Shown: positions 24,463 through 32,000 of the stretch, one piece after another
How positions within the stretch are numbered: position 1 is the stretch's first letter
Layout: each line of letters begins with the position of its first letter
Assembly (NCBI RefSeq): GCF_000017845.1
Contig: NC_010546.1
Span: 2,880,001-2,912,000 of the forward strand
Origin: Crocosphaera subtropica ATCC 51142
Lineage (GTDB): Bacteria > Cyanobacteriota > Cyanobacteriia > Cyanobacteriales > Microcystaceae
Reading direction: 5' to 3'
Length of the DNA stretch: 32,000 nt
The notes under the pieces: generated by a model
Database searches by the model: none
Seen by the model: the letters and a program-made list of their open reading frames with translations, nothing else
Told to the model about the DNA's origin: nothing
Position numbers and translations under genes: made by a program

Positions 24463-24826
24463 GTGATATTGACTTTTTGATGGATGCAAAAAAAGCCATA
24501 CCCAATAATGCTTTTATCAAAAAAATCAAACAATGGTTATTACCGATTATCTACGATACAACACAAGCAATTGATGGTTATCGCAATCGTTTTACGAATT
24601 ACTTAACCCGTATCCAACAAGGCAACTTTTCTCGTGTAGAAAGTGTTGGTGAAGGAGTTTTTGAATGTCGCATTGATTTCGGGCCGGGTTATCGTGTTTA
24701 TTTTGGACAAGAAGGGGAGGTGATTATTATTCTTTTAACAGGGGGAATAAAAAAAGACAACAAAAAGATATCCAACAAGCTAAAAAACTTTGGTTAGAAT
24801 ATAAGCAAAGACAAAAAGAGGATTAA
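24462..24826 (+). pseudogene. three-part chimera: MNT fragment + GT41-linker fragment + HigB-like killer C-terminus (frameshifted)
   Basis: 24462..24485 is identical to 13514..13537 (SDIDFLMD). 24485..24606 is roughly 75% identical by eye to 18064..18185 (AKKAIPNNAFIKKIKQWLLPIIYDTTQAIDGYRNRFTNYL versus AEKAIPNDAFIQRLKQWLLPITYNTTEEIELYRQRFTDYL). 24607 onward encodes RIQQGNFSRVESVGEGVFECRIDFGPGYRVYF..IIILLTGG, an addiction-module killer. The expected tail DIQQAKKLWLEYKQRQKED* is in a shifted frame after an A-run near 24746. Confidence 0.65.
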
Positions 24827-24829
24827 AAT

Positions 24830-24892
24830 ATGGTTTTAACCCATCAGTTTCAAGTAACCGTTCAACAAAGAATAGAAACCGATCCTGAATAA
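24830..24892 (+). pseudogene. 20-codon N-terminal remnant of the cognate antidote gene
   Basis: MVLTHQFQVTVQQRIETDPE* begins 3 nt after the killer stop. It is too short to be functional, and the assignment rests on position only. Confidence 0.3.
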
Positions 24893-24936
24893 TATAAACC
24901 CACCACTCCTGAACAAATTATAGAGGATATGCTCTC

Positions 24937-25224
24937 GTGAGTTTTATTTTACTGCGCTCAAGTGTCTTTATTAGAAACGCTCGAAAAATTGTAAAAAAGC
25001 AACCTGAATTAACTAAAAACATTTAAACAACCCTAGAGTTACTCACTGAAAATCCATTTAATCCCAGATCCAGATTAAGAAGTCATAAACTCAAAGGAGA
25101 TTTAAAAGACTCTTATGCGTGTAGTGTTAATTATGATTTAAGAATTATTTTCAAATTTGTTGCATATAAACAAAAACCAGGAATTCTTTTAGAAACAGTG
25201 GGAAGTCATGATGAAGTTTATTAG
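24937..25224 (+). pseudogene. RelE/YafQ-type toxin with in-frame stop
   Basis: From GTG 24937 it encodes ..RNARKIVKKQPELTKNI*TTLELLTENPFNPRSRLRSHKLKGDLKDSYACSVNYDLRIIFKF....ILLETVGSHDEVY*, with TAA at 24024+1000 corrected to 25024..25026. An upstream antitoxin C-terminal remnant ends in a GTGA overlap. Confidence 0.7.
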
Positions 25225-25402
25225 TTTTGATGGATTTTCCGATGTCATTAGAGAATAAAAGTGTTTATTTAACCAATAATTACAAGAAACTGTTAAGTTT
25301 GCTATGTTATGTAATCGAAAAATTCACTAAAATACTCTCATACCATAGAGAATAATGCTTAATTTGAGGCATTAGTGACCATTCATGAGGAGGAGACTAA
25401 AC

Positions 25403-25843
25403 ATGAACGCATCAGAAAAAGCCCAAGGTTTGGAGATATCAACAAAAATCGCATCTATCGTCCATTTATTTAAAACCCATTTTCCTGATGCTAAAGCCGA
25501 TCTCAGACCCTGGAATAATGATCCAGATACCCTTGAAGGGGTTGATCCCAACTCCATTGATATTGGCTTTCATTTACCTGGATGGAGTCCTCGTTTTCAA
25601 GGTCGTAGTATATTAGTGCAGATCAGGTTCCATAAAGATCCTGTGGATAAAACCCAAAAGTTGATCGGAGTAGAAATCACTACTTTTAATCATCAGGGAC
25701 AAGCATGGCGGTTGTCAACGGTGGAAAATTGGCAATTAGAGGGTAACTATCAACCGGCCACGGATATTGCTGAAAAATTTAAGTGTTTTTGTCGTCAAGT
25801 TTTTGAACTCTTCGATCACAATAATCGTCGCTTTTCATTGTAG
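25403..25843 (+). CDS. hypothetical protein
   Basis: 146-aa ORF. A strong Shine-Dalgarno GAGGAGGAG lies 8 nt upstream of ATG 25403. No family recognised. Confidence 0.6.
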   Translation: MNASEKAQGLEISTKIASIVHLFKTHFPDAKADLRPWNNDPDTLEGVDPNSIDIGFHLPGWSPRFQGRSILVQIRFHKDPVDKTQKLIGVEITTFNHQGQAWRLSTVENWQLEGNYQPATDIAEKFKCFCRQVFELFDHNNRRFSL

Positions 25844-25865
25844 TTAAAATAGGGATAATTATTAA

Positions 25866-26732
25866 TTAATTAAACCATCTTTTTTTCCAATGACTACTGG
25901 GTTCTAGTGAACTACTATCTTGTTCTTTTTGTCTTCTTTTTTTAATGCTTTGGGCAGTATCTTTTAGGGTTGGATCTCGATAGGGAATGGCGGCACGGGT
26001 TTGTAGATGTTCTGTTTCTTGTTGGGATAAAGGGGGTAAATTATTACCATTCCAGTTAGCAATGGTACCCGGCGATCGCCTTCCGACGCTTCGAGTTGCT
26101 CCTATTTTTAACCCTGTTAATTGTAGGGCAGTTCTCACGGAAGCAGCACAGGAATAAGTGGCTAAATAACCCTCTTTTCCTAAACATTGAGATACTAATT
26201 CTGTAAATTCTACTGTCCACAGTTGAGGACATTTTGGAGGAGAAAAGGGATCTAAAAAAATAGCATCCGCTTGGAAGTTTTGATTAATGACTGTTTGGAT
26301 CGTTTGTCTTGCATCTCCTAATAATAATTGTCCTTTAAAGGTTTTTGTTTCAATTTTATCATTATTAGCTAGGGTTGTTAATATATTAATAACAGATGAA
26401 GAAAAATTATTTAATAAGTTTGCATCTATGGCTTGTAAGGGGACATTAATATTATTTTCTAAGGCAAATAATTCTATTTTTATATCAGGATTAATCGCCC
26501 AAATTGTTTCTAAACAAGCTGCTGTATTATACCCTAATCCGTAACAAATATCAAGGATTTTTATAGTATCTTTAATCGTTGTTTTTTCTTTGATTTGACA
26601 AGGTTCTATAAACTTATATTGTGCTTCTTGTTTTGCTCCTGAATGGGAGTGAAATAACTCTTCAAATTGATCAGAAAAGAAAGTATAAGATCCATCATCA
26701 GTTATTTTTGGTGTAAATTTATTTTCTACCAT
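25866..26732 (-). CDS. MnmC-like SAM-dependent methyltransferase (DUF752 type)
   Basis: DGSYTFFSDQFEELFHSHSGAKQEA, ILDICYGLGYNTAA, IFLDPFSPPKCPQLWTVEF and LATYSCAASVRTAL match the MnmC methyltransferase-domain pattern. Confidence 0.8.
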   Translation of the reverse strand: MVENKFTPKITDDGSYTFFSDQFEELFHSHSGAKQEAQYKFIEPCQIKEKTTIKDTIKILDICYGLGYNTAACLETIWAINPDIKIELFALENNINVPLQAIDANLLNNFSSSVINILTTLANNDKIETKTFKGQLLLGDARQTIQTVINQNFQADAIFLDPFSPPKCPQLWTVEFTELVSQCLGKEGYLATYSCAASVRTALQLTGLKIGATRSVGRRSPGTIANWNGNNLPPLSQQETEHLQTRAAIPYRDPTLKDTAQSIKKRRQKEQDSSSLEPSSHWKKRWFN

Positions 26733-26794
26733 TTATTTATTATAATCTGAGTTTGATATAAGCAAAGACAATAAAAAACTAAAGAATATACTTA

Positions 26795-27190
26795 TTAGGA
26801 AGAAAGTTGCCCGAGTCTTGTAATATTATAATCATCAAAAGCAGAATCTTTACTAATAACTATTAAATTTTCTACTAAACTTTGAGCAATAATTAATCTA
26901 TCAAAAGGATCTTTATGATATGGAGGCAAAGTCGAAATTAAGTTTAAATGCTCTAAAGAAATAGGCAAAATTTCGATGTCATTTAGTTGGGTTTGTTCAC
27001 TAATAAAATTTGTATATAGTTTTGGTAAAATTAACTTACCAATATTAACTTTAATCGCTATTTCCCAAAGACTAGCAATACTTAATAATAAATCAACATC
27101 AGATTCAAGTAAATTAAAAAGTTGTTCTGGTATTTCGTCACTATCGTTAACAAACCAGAGGAAAGTATGAGTATCTAATAAATATTGCAT
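26795..27190 (-). CDS. vapC: PIN-domain VapC toxin
   Basis: It has MQYLLDTHTFLWF, SIASLWEIAIKVNIGKL and HKDPFDRLIIAQS. Its start overlaps the antitoxin stop by 1 nt. Confidence 0.85.
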   Translation of the reverse strand: MQYLLDTHTFLWFVNDSDEIPEQLFNLLESDVDLLLSIASLWEIAIKVNIGKLILPKLYTNFISEQTQLNDIEILPISLEHLNLISTLPPYHKDPFDRLIIAQSLVENLIVISKDSAFDDYNITRLGQLSS

Positions 27191-27414
27191 TACATATACT
27201 CAGCAAATTCGGGTAATGGTTCATCAAAATCGTTACTGATGGTGATTAAACCTTTGGCACTGCCACGATGACGGCGTTTTGAACTTGGTTGATTGATTTT
27301 GGTTAGTTTATATATCGGTTGAGCATTTTTGGTAATAATTATCTCTTGGCTTTCTGTAGCTAAAATTTCTAAGATTTCAGGATTTTCTTGGATTTTTTTT
27401 AGTTCTATTTTCAT
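27190..27414 (-). CDS. antitoxin of the VapC pair (Phd/YefM-like N-terminus, DEPL..F C-terminus)
   Basis: The 74-aa ORF lies immediately upstream of vapC. It has IIITKNAQPIYKLTKI and GLITISNDFDEPLPEFAEY. Confidence 0.7.
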   Translation of the reverse strand: MKIELKKIQENPEILEILATESQEIIITKNAQPIYKLTKINQPSSKRRHRGSAKGLITISNDFDEPLPEFAEYM

Positions 27415-27437
27415 AACTTTTTTGTACCTAACTTTAC

Positions 27438-28562
27438 TTATAAAACTTTTCTCAAAGCTTCTAACAATAATAAAACATTCTCAGGACGAGAATTATAACC
27501 CATTAAACCAATACGCCAAACCTTACCAGCTAATTCACCTAAACCGCCACCAATTTCAATATTATACTCTTTCAAAAGATAACTAGAAACTGCTTTACCA
27601 TTCACCCCTTCAGGAATACGAACAGTGGTTAAAGTAGGTAAACGAAACGCTTTTTCTACATGACAAACTAACCCTAACTTCTCTAACCCTTCCCATAGTA
27701 ATTCTGCATTTTGTTGATGTCGTTGCCAACAATTTTCTAATCCTTCTTCTACAATTAAAGCTAATGCTTCCCTTAAACCATAATTCATGTTACAAGGGGC
27801 AGTATGATGGTATTTTCTTGGTTCCCCCCAATACTGACTTAACAGGTTCATATCTAAATACCAATTAGACACTGGAGTTGTGCGTTTTTGCAACTTTTCT
27901 ATTGCGCGATCGCTCATAGTAAAAGGTGAAAGTCCGGGGGGACATCCTAACCCTTTTTGACTACAGCTATAAGCTAAATCAACACCCCATTGATCAGCAT
28001 AAAAAGGAACTCCCCCTAAACTGGTAACAGCATCCACTAATAATAAACAATTATGTTCTCGACACAACTCTCCTACCCCTTCTAAAGGTTGTCTGACTCC
28101 GGTAGAAGTTTCAGCATTTACTAACCCTAAAATAGTCGGTTTATGGGTTTCAATAGCCTCTTTTAATTCTGCTAAACTAAAGTTTTCACCCCAAGGTTTG
28201 CTTATTGTTTTAACATCTGCACCATAACGGGTGGCCATATCCACTAAGCGGTGGCCAAAATAACCCATAACCCCTATCAATACCACATCCCCAGGTTCAA
28301 CCACATTGGCTAAACTGGCCTCCATTCCTGCGCTTCCTGTGCCACTAATAGAGATGGTCAACTCATTTTCAGTTTGCCATACATACCGTAACAAATCTTG
28401 GATCTGATCCATCATTTCTAGATAAAATGGGTCAAGATGACCGATCGCAGGTAAACTCATGGCCGATAAAATACGGGGGTTCGCATTAGACGGACCAGGA
28501 CCCATTAATAAGCGAGGGGGAATGGTTAAAGGTTGGGGTTGAGAAGGAATAGTCATGATCAA
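27438..28562 (-). CDS. class V aminotransferase (alanine-glyoxylate / serine-pyruvate aminotransferase family)
   Basis: It has ISGTGSAGMEA, LLLVDAVTSLGG and the PLP-lysine context YSCSQKGLGCPPGLSP. The length of 374 aa is typical. Confidence 0.85.
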   Translation of the reverse strand: MIMTIPSQPQPLTIPPRLLMGPGPSNANPRILSAMSLPAIGHLDPFYLEMMDQIQDLLRYVWQTENELTISISGTGSAGMEASLANVVEPGDVVLIGVMGYFGHRLVDMATRYGADVKTISKPWGENFSLAELKEAIETHKPTILGLVNAETSTGVRQPLEGVGELCREHNCLLLVDAVTSLGGVPFYADQWGVDLAYSCSQKGLGCPPGLSPFTMSDRAIEKLQKRTTPVSNWYLDMNLLSQYWGEPRKYHHTAPCNMNYGLREALALIVEEGLENCWQRHQQNAELLWEGLEKLGLVCHVEKAFRLPTLTTVRIPEGVNGKAVSSYLLKEYNIEIGGGLGELAGKVWRIGLMGYNSRPENVLLLLEALRKVL

Positions 28563-28672
28563 TTATGGCTCAAGAATAGGGGTATTTTACCAAAGAATTG
28601 ATAATTTTTGATAATCTCATTTGTGTTATCAGTTGTTTAAATAATTCAAGTAAGCTGGCAAATAGAATATAT

Positions 28673-29137
28673 TTATTGTAATAATGAGCGAAGCAAAGAA
28701 GGAGCAACTCGAAAATTAGTCGTTTGTAATTTTTGGAGAACAACAGGCAAATCAATTAAATTTTGAGTATTTGCTTTTTGTAAAATTCCTAATAGTCCAG
28801 TAATTTTCAACCCTCTTTCTTTTGCGATTTTTCTAGCTAATTTTTCGTCCAATATGAGTAAATCAGCTTGATATTTTTCGGCTAATAAAATAGATTGCTT
28901 CTCTCCTAAGTGTAGATCATTTAAAGAGTCATCATTGACAGGGATATTAGGTTCAATGATTAACCAGCTAGGTGAGTTTTTCAGCCAATTTTTAACTTGG
29001 ACTGGTGCATCTTCATGAGTTAATTCTTTGGCAACAGCTTGAGGAATATGAATTTTACCAAATACTTGAGGCAATAAGCTAATTTCCTGAATCAGAATTA
29101 AATAACAAAGAGGAGAAGTATCAGCAACAATAATCAT
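28673..29137 (-). CDS. DUF3368 PIN-like toxin candidate
   Basis: It has MIIVADTSPLCYLILIQEISLLPQVFGKIHIPQAVAKEL and LGEKQSILLAEKYQADLLILDEKLARKIAKERGLKITGLLGIL. Confidence 0.8.
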   Translation of the reverse strand: MIIVADTSPLCYLILIQEISLLPQVFGKIHIPQAVAKELTHEDAPVQVKNWLKNSPSWLIIEPNIPVNDDSLNDLHLGEKQSILLAEKYQADLLILDEKLARKIAKERGLKITGLLGILQKANTQNLIDLPVVLQKLQTTNFRVAPSLLRSLLQ

Positions 29138-29400
29138 TCTGATAGTAACTGATTAAGGGTTTCTAAATCATTCGCTAAATCTTCTTCTGTATAGTCCAAA
29201 TAAGCTTGATTTTCTTTTAAAAATTGTTCAGTTTGCCAACGAGAAGAAAATTTTAACATTGTTTGAATTTGAGCCGAGGTTATCATTCCTTTACGATAAG
29301 CTTCAAGGGCTAAAGATTCTAGGAGTTTTTGTGGTAAATTCTCCCATGTTTGCTGAAGTTTATGTCCGATTTCTTCGGGTAATTCTATAGTGATTTGCAT
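29134..29400 (-). CDS. UPF0175-family antitoxin candidate
   Basis: MQITIELPEEI....LALEAYRKGMITSAQIQTMLKFSSRWQTEQFLKEN. A 4-nt overlap links it to the DUF3368 gene. Confidence 0.8.
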   Translation of the reverse strand: MQITIELPEEIGHKLQQTWENLPQKLLESLALEAYRKGMITSAQIQTMLKFSSRWQTEQFLKENQAYLDYTEEDLANDLETLNQLLSE

Positions 29401-29426
29401 TTCTTACGATTTTTCTTGTACTTGTT

Positions 29427-29475
29427 TGAAGTAGGTAGGCATAATTAAATGAATAAAATTTGTAGGATGGGCAAT
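29427..29475 (-). repeat. ~47-nt conserved upstream module (copy 2)
   Basis: The reverse complement ATTGCCCATCCTACAAATTTTATTCATTTAATTATGCCTACCTACTT matches 14697..14745. It lies 27 nt upstream of the UPF0175 start at 29400. Confidence 0.5.
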
Positions 29476-29533
29476 GTCTCAAATCGTTTCTGGTTAAGGT
29501 TTGTAAGCTTTTTCTTGGCATTGCCCACCTTAC
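29462..29533. repeat. hairpin (MITE-like) element
   Basis: GTAGGATGGGCAATG (29462..29476) and CATTGCCCACCTTAC (29519..29533) are imperfect inverted repeats. Confidence 0.55.
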
Positions 29534-29694
29534 GTTTATTTATAACCCCCTACATACTTCATTGAGTATAGCAATCAGTCGTCAGGTTATGAGAATTCAG
29601 TTTAAATAAAAGGGAACAGATAACAAAAAAAGATATCCATATCTCATACATCATTCCTGATTGCTATCTTAGGTAAGATAATTTCTGATGAGAG

Positions 29695-31305
29695 TTAATG
29701 ATTTTTTTTCCTAGAAACGATAGCACCCAAACCCCATAAACTGATAGCTAATAAAGCGACTTTTACCGAGGGTTCTGGGGTCGTCCGAGTCACATAAATA
29801 CCTGCCCAACTTTCTTCTTCGTTACCCATACTTGCAGCAATACTTAACCATCCGTTCCGTAACCCTTCTCGTTCCATCGCTAAAGACGTAATGGGTAAAC
29901 CGGCTGCATCTGGGTCCAGAATACTGCCATCCATCCACGTTTCTACCACTGTGGTTAAAGGTAAATTACGTCCTAATTGAATATAGATCCCATCTTCTCC
30001 TGTGTCCACATCCGGTCCAGTTGTCCCTTTGAAGGCCACTTGAGAACCACTGATCCCTAAAAAGGCAGAAGAACGCCATCTGGCCAGTTCCCCATCTTCC
30101 TCATTTTCTGAACCAGGAACTCGGCCCGAAAAATTCCAAAAGACAAAGGTAGAAAAATCATCCCCTGTTTCTGCAATTAAACGAGTTTCCAGGGTATCAA
30201 CATCGGTAACAAAAATCCCTTGATTCACCGATACCTCAAACTCAAACATCCCATTCCCGATACCATTGGGATTATCAGGGTTATCCGATTCTTCTAAACA
30301 AAATTGTAGCCGTTCTTGATTACCTTCTTCGGGACAAGCCACAATTTGGGTAAAGGTTTCGTCTCCCCAGTCTCCCCAAAAGGCCACAGACTTACCATCA
30401 AAAGATAATCCTTCTCCAATAGATTTTAAACCCCCTGGCACTAAATTCCCTAATCCCCCAATATTGACTAAAGGAATCAATTCGGTGGGATCATCCAATA
30501 AAGAGGATAAATAAATGCCACCTAAAGTGGGATCAGCTTCATTATCCACCCCCACGAATACCGCTTTATCCTTCGTTGCACTGGGGGGTGCAGTAGAACC
30601 AAATTCCGTTGCTGTACCAGGGATAAGGGTATTACTATCAGCAATAAACTGAACGGGAGACAGTCCCCCATTATCTAATAGGTTACGAAAATAAACCCCC
30701 GTTTGGGGATTTCCTAAATCATCAGTCCAATTTCCTTTAAATACTAGGGTGTCTCCCATTGTGATGGTTGGAGAACCGGGAAACTGGTCAAACTTGGTAC
30801 CTGGGGTGGTTCCTGGGACGCTAAATAAGTCAAATCCTGCGATCGCCCCCAATTGATTCACTGCGGTACTGAGTCCCCCTAGGTTGGTATACACCCCCGA
30901 AGTCCCTAACATAGTGCCATCTTCTAGTTGCCAAACGGGACTAGATTGACCCCGTGACACCACTCGGTTACTGTTCCTATCGATACGAGGGAAGGAGGGA
31001 AACTCCGTAAAGGTGGCCATAGTATTGTTAGGAGAGGGTACTTCTTGGCCACGGGTCATAATGGGGATAATCGGAGCAATAATATCACTATTCATGTTAC
31101 GGGTAAAAATTCCGGTTGCCCGTTGTCCACCTCCCCCTTGACTGCGGGCCCGAAACACCACCGTTCCCTGATTATTTACAGAAGGGGGATTATAACTATT
31201 AAACAATCGATCTGTGTTGGGGACAAAATCTCCATTATTAACCACGGTATCAAAGTTAAAAGTACCGGCTTTGGCAACTGTTTCTAAATTGAGTAAACAA
31301 GCCAA
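29695..31305 (-). CDS. PEP-CTERM sorting-domain protein (secreted/cell-surface), N-terminus apparently truncated
   Basis: The C-terminus TTPEPSVKVALLAISLWGLGAIVSRKKNH is PEP + TM helix + basic tail. The body is Gly/Thr/Asn-rich beta-type sequence. The track start is TTG. An in-frame TAG lies 4 codons upstream, so there is no room for a normal signal peptide. Confidence 0.75.
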   Translation of the reverse strand: MACLLNLETVAKAGTFNFDTVVNNGDFVPNTDRLFNSYNPPSVNNQGTVVFRARSQGGGGQRATGIFTRNMNSDIIAPIIPIMTRGQEVPSPNNTMATFTEFPSFPRIDRNSNRVVSRGQSSPVWQLEDGTMLGTSGVYTNLGGLSTAVNQLGAIAGFDLFSVPGTTPGTKFDQFPGSPTITMGDTLVFKGNWTDDLGNPQTGVYFRNLLDNGGLSPVQFIADSNTLIPGTATEFGSTAPPSATKDKAVFVGVDNEADPTLGGIYLSSLLDDPTELIPLVNIGGLGNLVPGGLKSIGEGLSFDGKSVAFWGDWGDETFTQIVACPEEGNQERLQFCLEESDNPDNPNGIGNGMFEFEVSVNQGIFVTDVDTLETRLIAETGDDFSTFVFWNFSGRVPGSENEEDGELARWRSSAFLGISGSQVAFKGTTGPDVDTGEDGIYIQLGRNLPLTTVVETWMDGSILDPDAAGLPITSLAMEREGLRNGWLSIAASMGNEEESWAGIYVTRTTPEPSVKVALLAISLWGLGAIVSRKKNH

Positions 31306-32000
31306 ACTTATCAGACGCTATTTTTGGCCTCGACGATGAGTTTTACAAAGAAGATGAACGTCGCCAACAAAGGGGAAGAGGACAAGAAGATAAATTAATT
31401 GGTATTTCTGGGGTTTCTCTTAATCTCCCATCCTCTGATTCCATTACCAACCTTTCAAATCCCACAGTTCCGATTATTCCTGAAACAGAGAAAGAAGACC
31501 ATCTCATCAGGGATGATGAAGAAGATGTCCTGTTGACCCCATCCACCTCAAAAGGTTTTAGCGGCCAGGGTAAAGGGAATAATCAAGGAAAAGGAAAATT
31601 CTTTGACATAACTGCGAGTGAGGAAGATAGCCGGGACAGCCATCAAGACAGTGAGTCTGAGGATGGTATGGGTGGCCCTCCTGTTGGCCGAGGCCCTTCT
31701 AGCGATCACGGTAGCGAAAAGTCTCAAAAACCTGATAATATCGGTGGCCCTCCTGTCGGTCGAGGCCCGTCTAGTGATCACGGTGGCGAAGAATCTGAAG
31801 AACCCGCCGGAAATAATCTGTCCTTCCCTGTTATTTGGGGAGATGGGGTCGATATTTTTGGTAATAGTGGTAGTGGACTTGTTAGCTACAGTTATTCTAT
31901 GGCTGATACTGTAGAACCCTGGTATTTATCGGTTTCTGAAACCGATCAAGATGTAGTAGAATCTCCCGGACCCTTTGCATTGCTAGACAGTCCTAATCTA
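31293..32000 (+). CDS. partial ORF (open to window end) encoding an acidic, low-complexity protein with GGPPVGRGPSSDHG repeats; start undetermined
   Basis: My manual translation shows no stop from 31293 to 32000. It is absent from the ORF track, presumably because it has no stop in the window. The first ATG is at 31668 and an in-frame TTG at 31533. Several other frames are also open here, so the coding call is tentative. Confidence 0.4.
31671..31814 (+). repeat. 72-nt tandem duplication (2 copies)
   Basis: GGTGGCCCTCCTGTTGGCCGAGGCCCTTCTAGCGATCACGGTAGCGAA... at 31671 and GGTGGCCCTCCTGTCGGTCGAGGCCCGTCTAGTGATCACGGTGGCGAA... at 31743. The differences are mostly third-codon positions in the + frame. 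Confidence 0.7.

Noticed and set aside
26287-28755. Antisense ORFs 26287..26544, 26976..27170, 27329..27586 and 28570..28755, and also 31045..31287
   Set aside because: Each lies opposite a well-supported gene (MnmC-like, vapC, the antitoxin/aminotransferase boundary, DUF3368, PEP-CTERM) and shows AT-rich codon composition without motifs.
31343-31914. ORFs 31343..31546 (-), 31548..31781 (-) and 31618..31914 (+)
   Set aside because: These are alternative frames of the GC-richer, stop-poor region. Their translations are Arg/Ser/Leu-rich nonsense-like strings. The differences between the two 72-nt repeat copies are mostly synonymous only in the frame reported as 31293..32000.

Overview
AT-rich cyanobacterial chromosomal segment. 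I counted at least 14 HIP1 octamers (GCGATCGC) by eye. Gene content and the small hairpin repeats fit a unicellular Cyanothece/Crocosphaera-like genome, but the taxon is inference. Core genes are a Hanks-type Ser/Thr kinase, anmK, recR, an MnmC-like methyltransferase, a class-V aminotransferase and a type IV pilin. They are interleaved with a very plastic accessory landscape. (1) At least 16 type II toxin-antitoxin (TA) loci or remnants are present: BrnT/BrnA, HicAB, HigBA-like, MazEF, several VapBC/PIN, DUF3368/UPF0175, MNT/HEPN and RelE. About half are visibly decayed. (2) A complete 2.46-kb group II intron (RT/maturase/HNH ORF, recognisable domain V, GTGCG 5' end) sits inside a decayed paralogue of an XRE antitoxin gene, and an intact, unoccupied copy lies 2 kb away. 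(3) A 268-bp composite hairpin repeat forms a 2.6-unit tandem array and, together with a further partial copy, brackets a hicB-higA-higB cassette. (4) Several MITE-like repeat families lie at the junctions of gene fragments. (5) An Avd/IVS-type four-helix-bundle gene is enclosed by ~70-bp inverted repeats. (6) A three-gene TPR-GT41 (SPINDLY-like) / SAM-methyltransferase / GT2 glycosylation cluster is present. (7) A PEP-CTERM protein gene abuts, head to head, a GC-richer partial ORF that carries a 72-nt tandem repeat. No rRNA, tRNA or CRISPR array was recognised. All family assignments come from motif recognition in the supplied translations. No database search was run.
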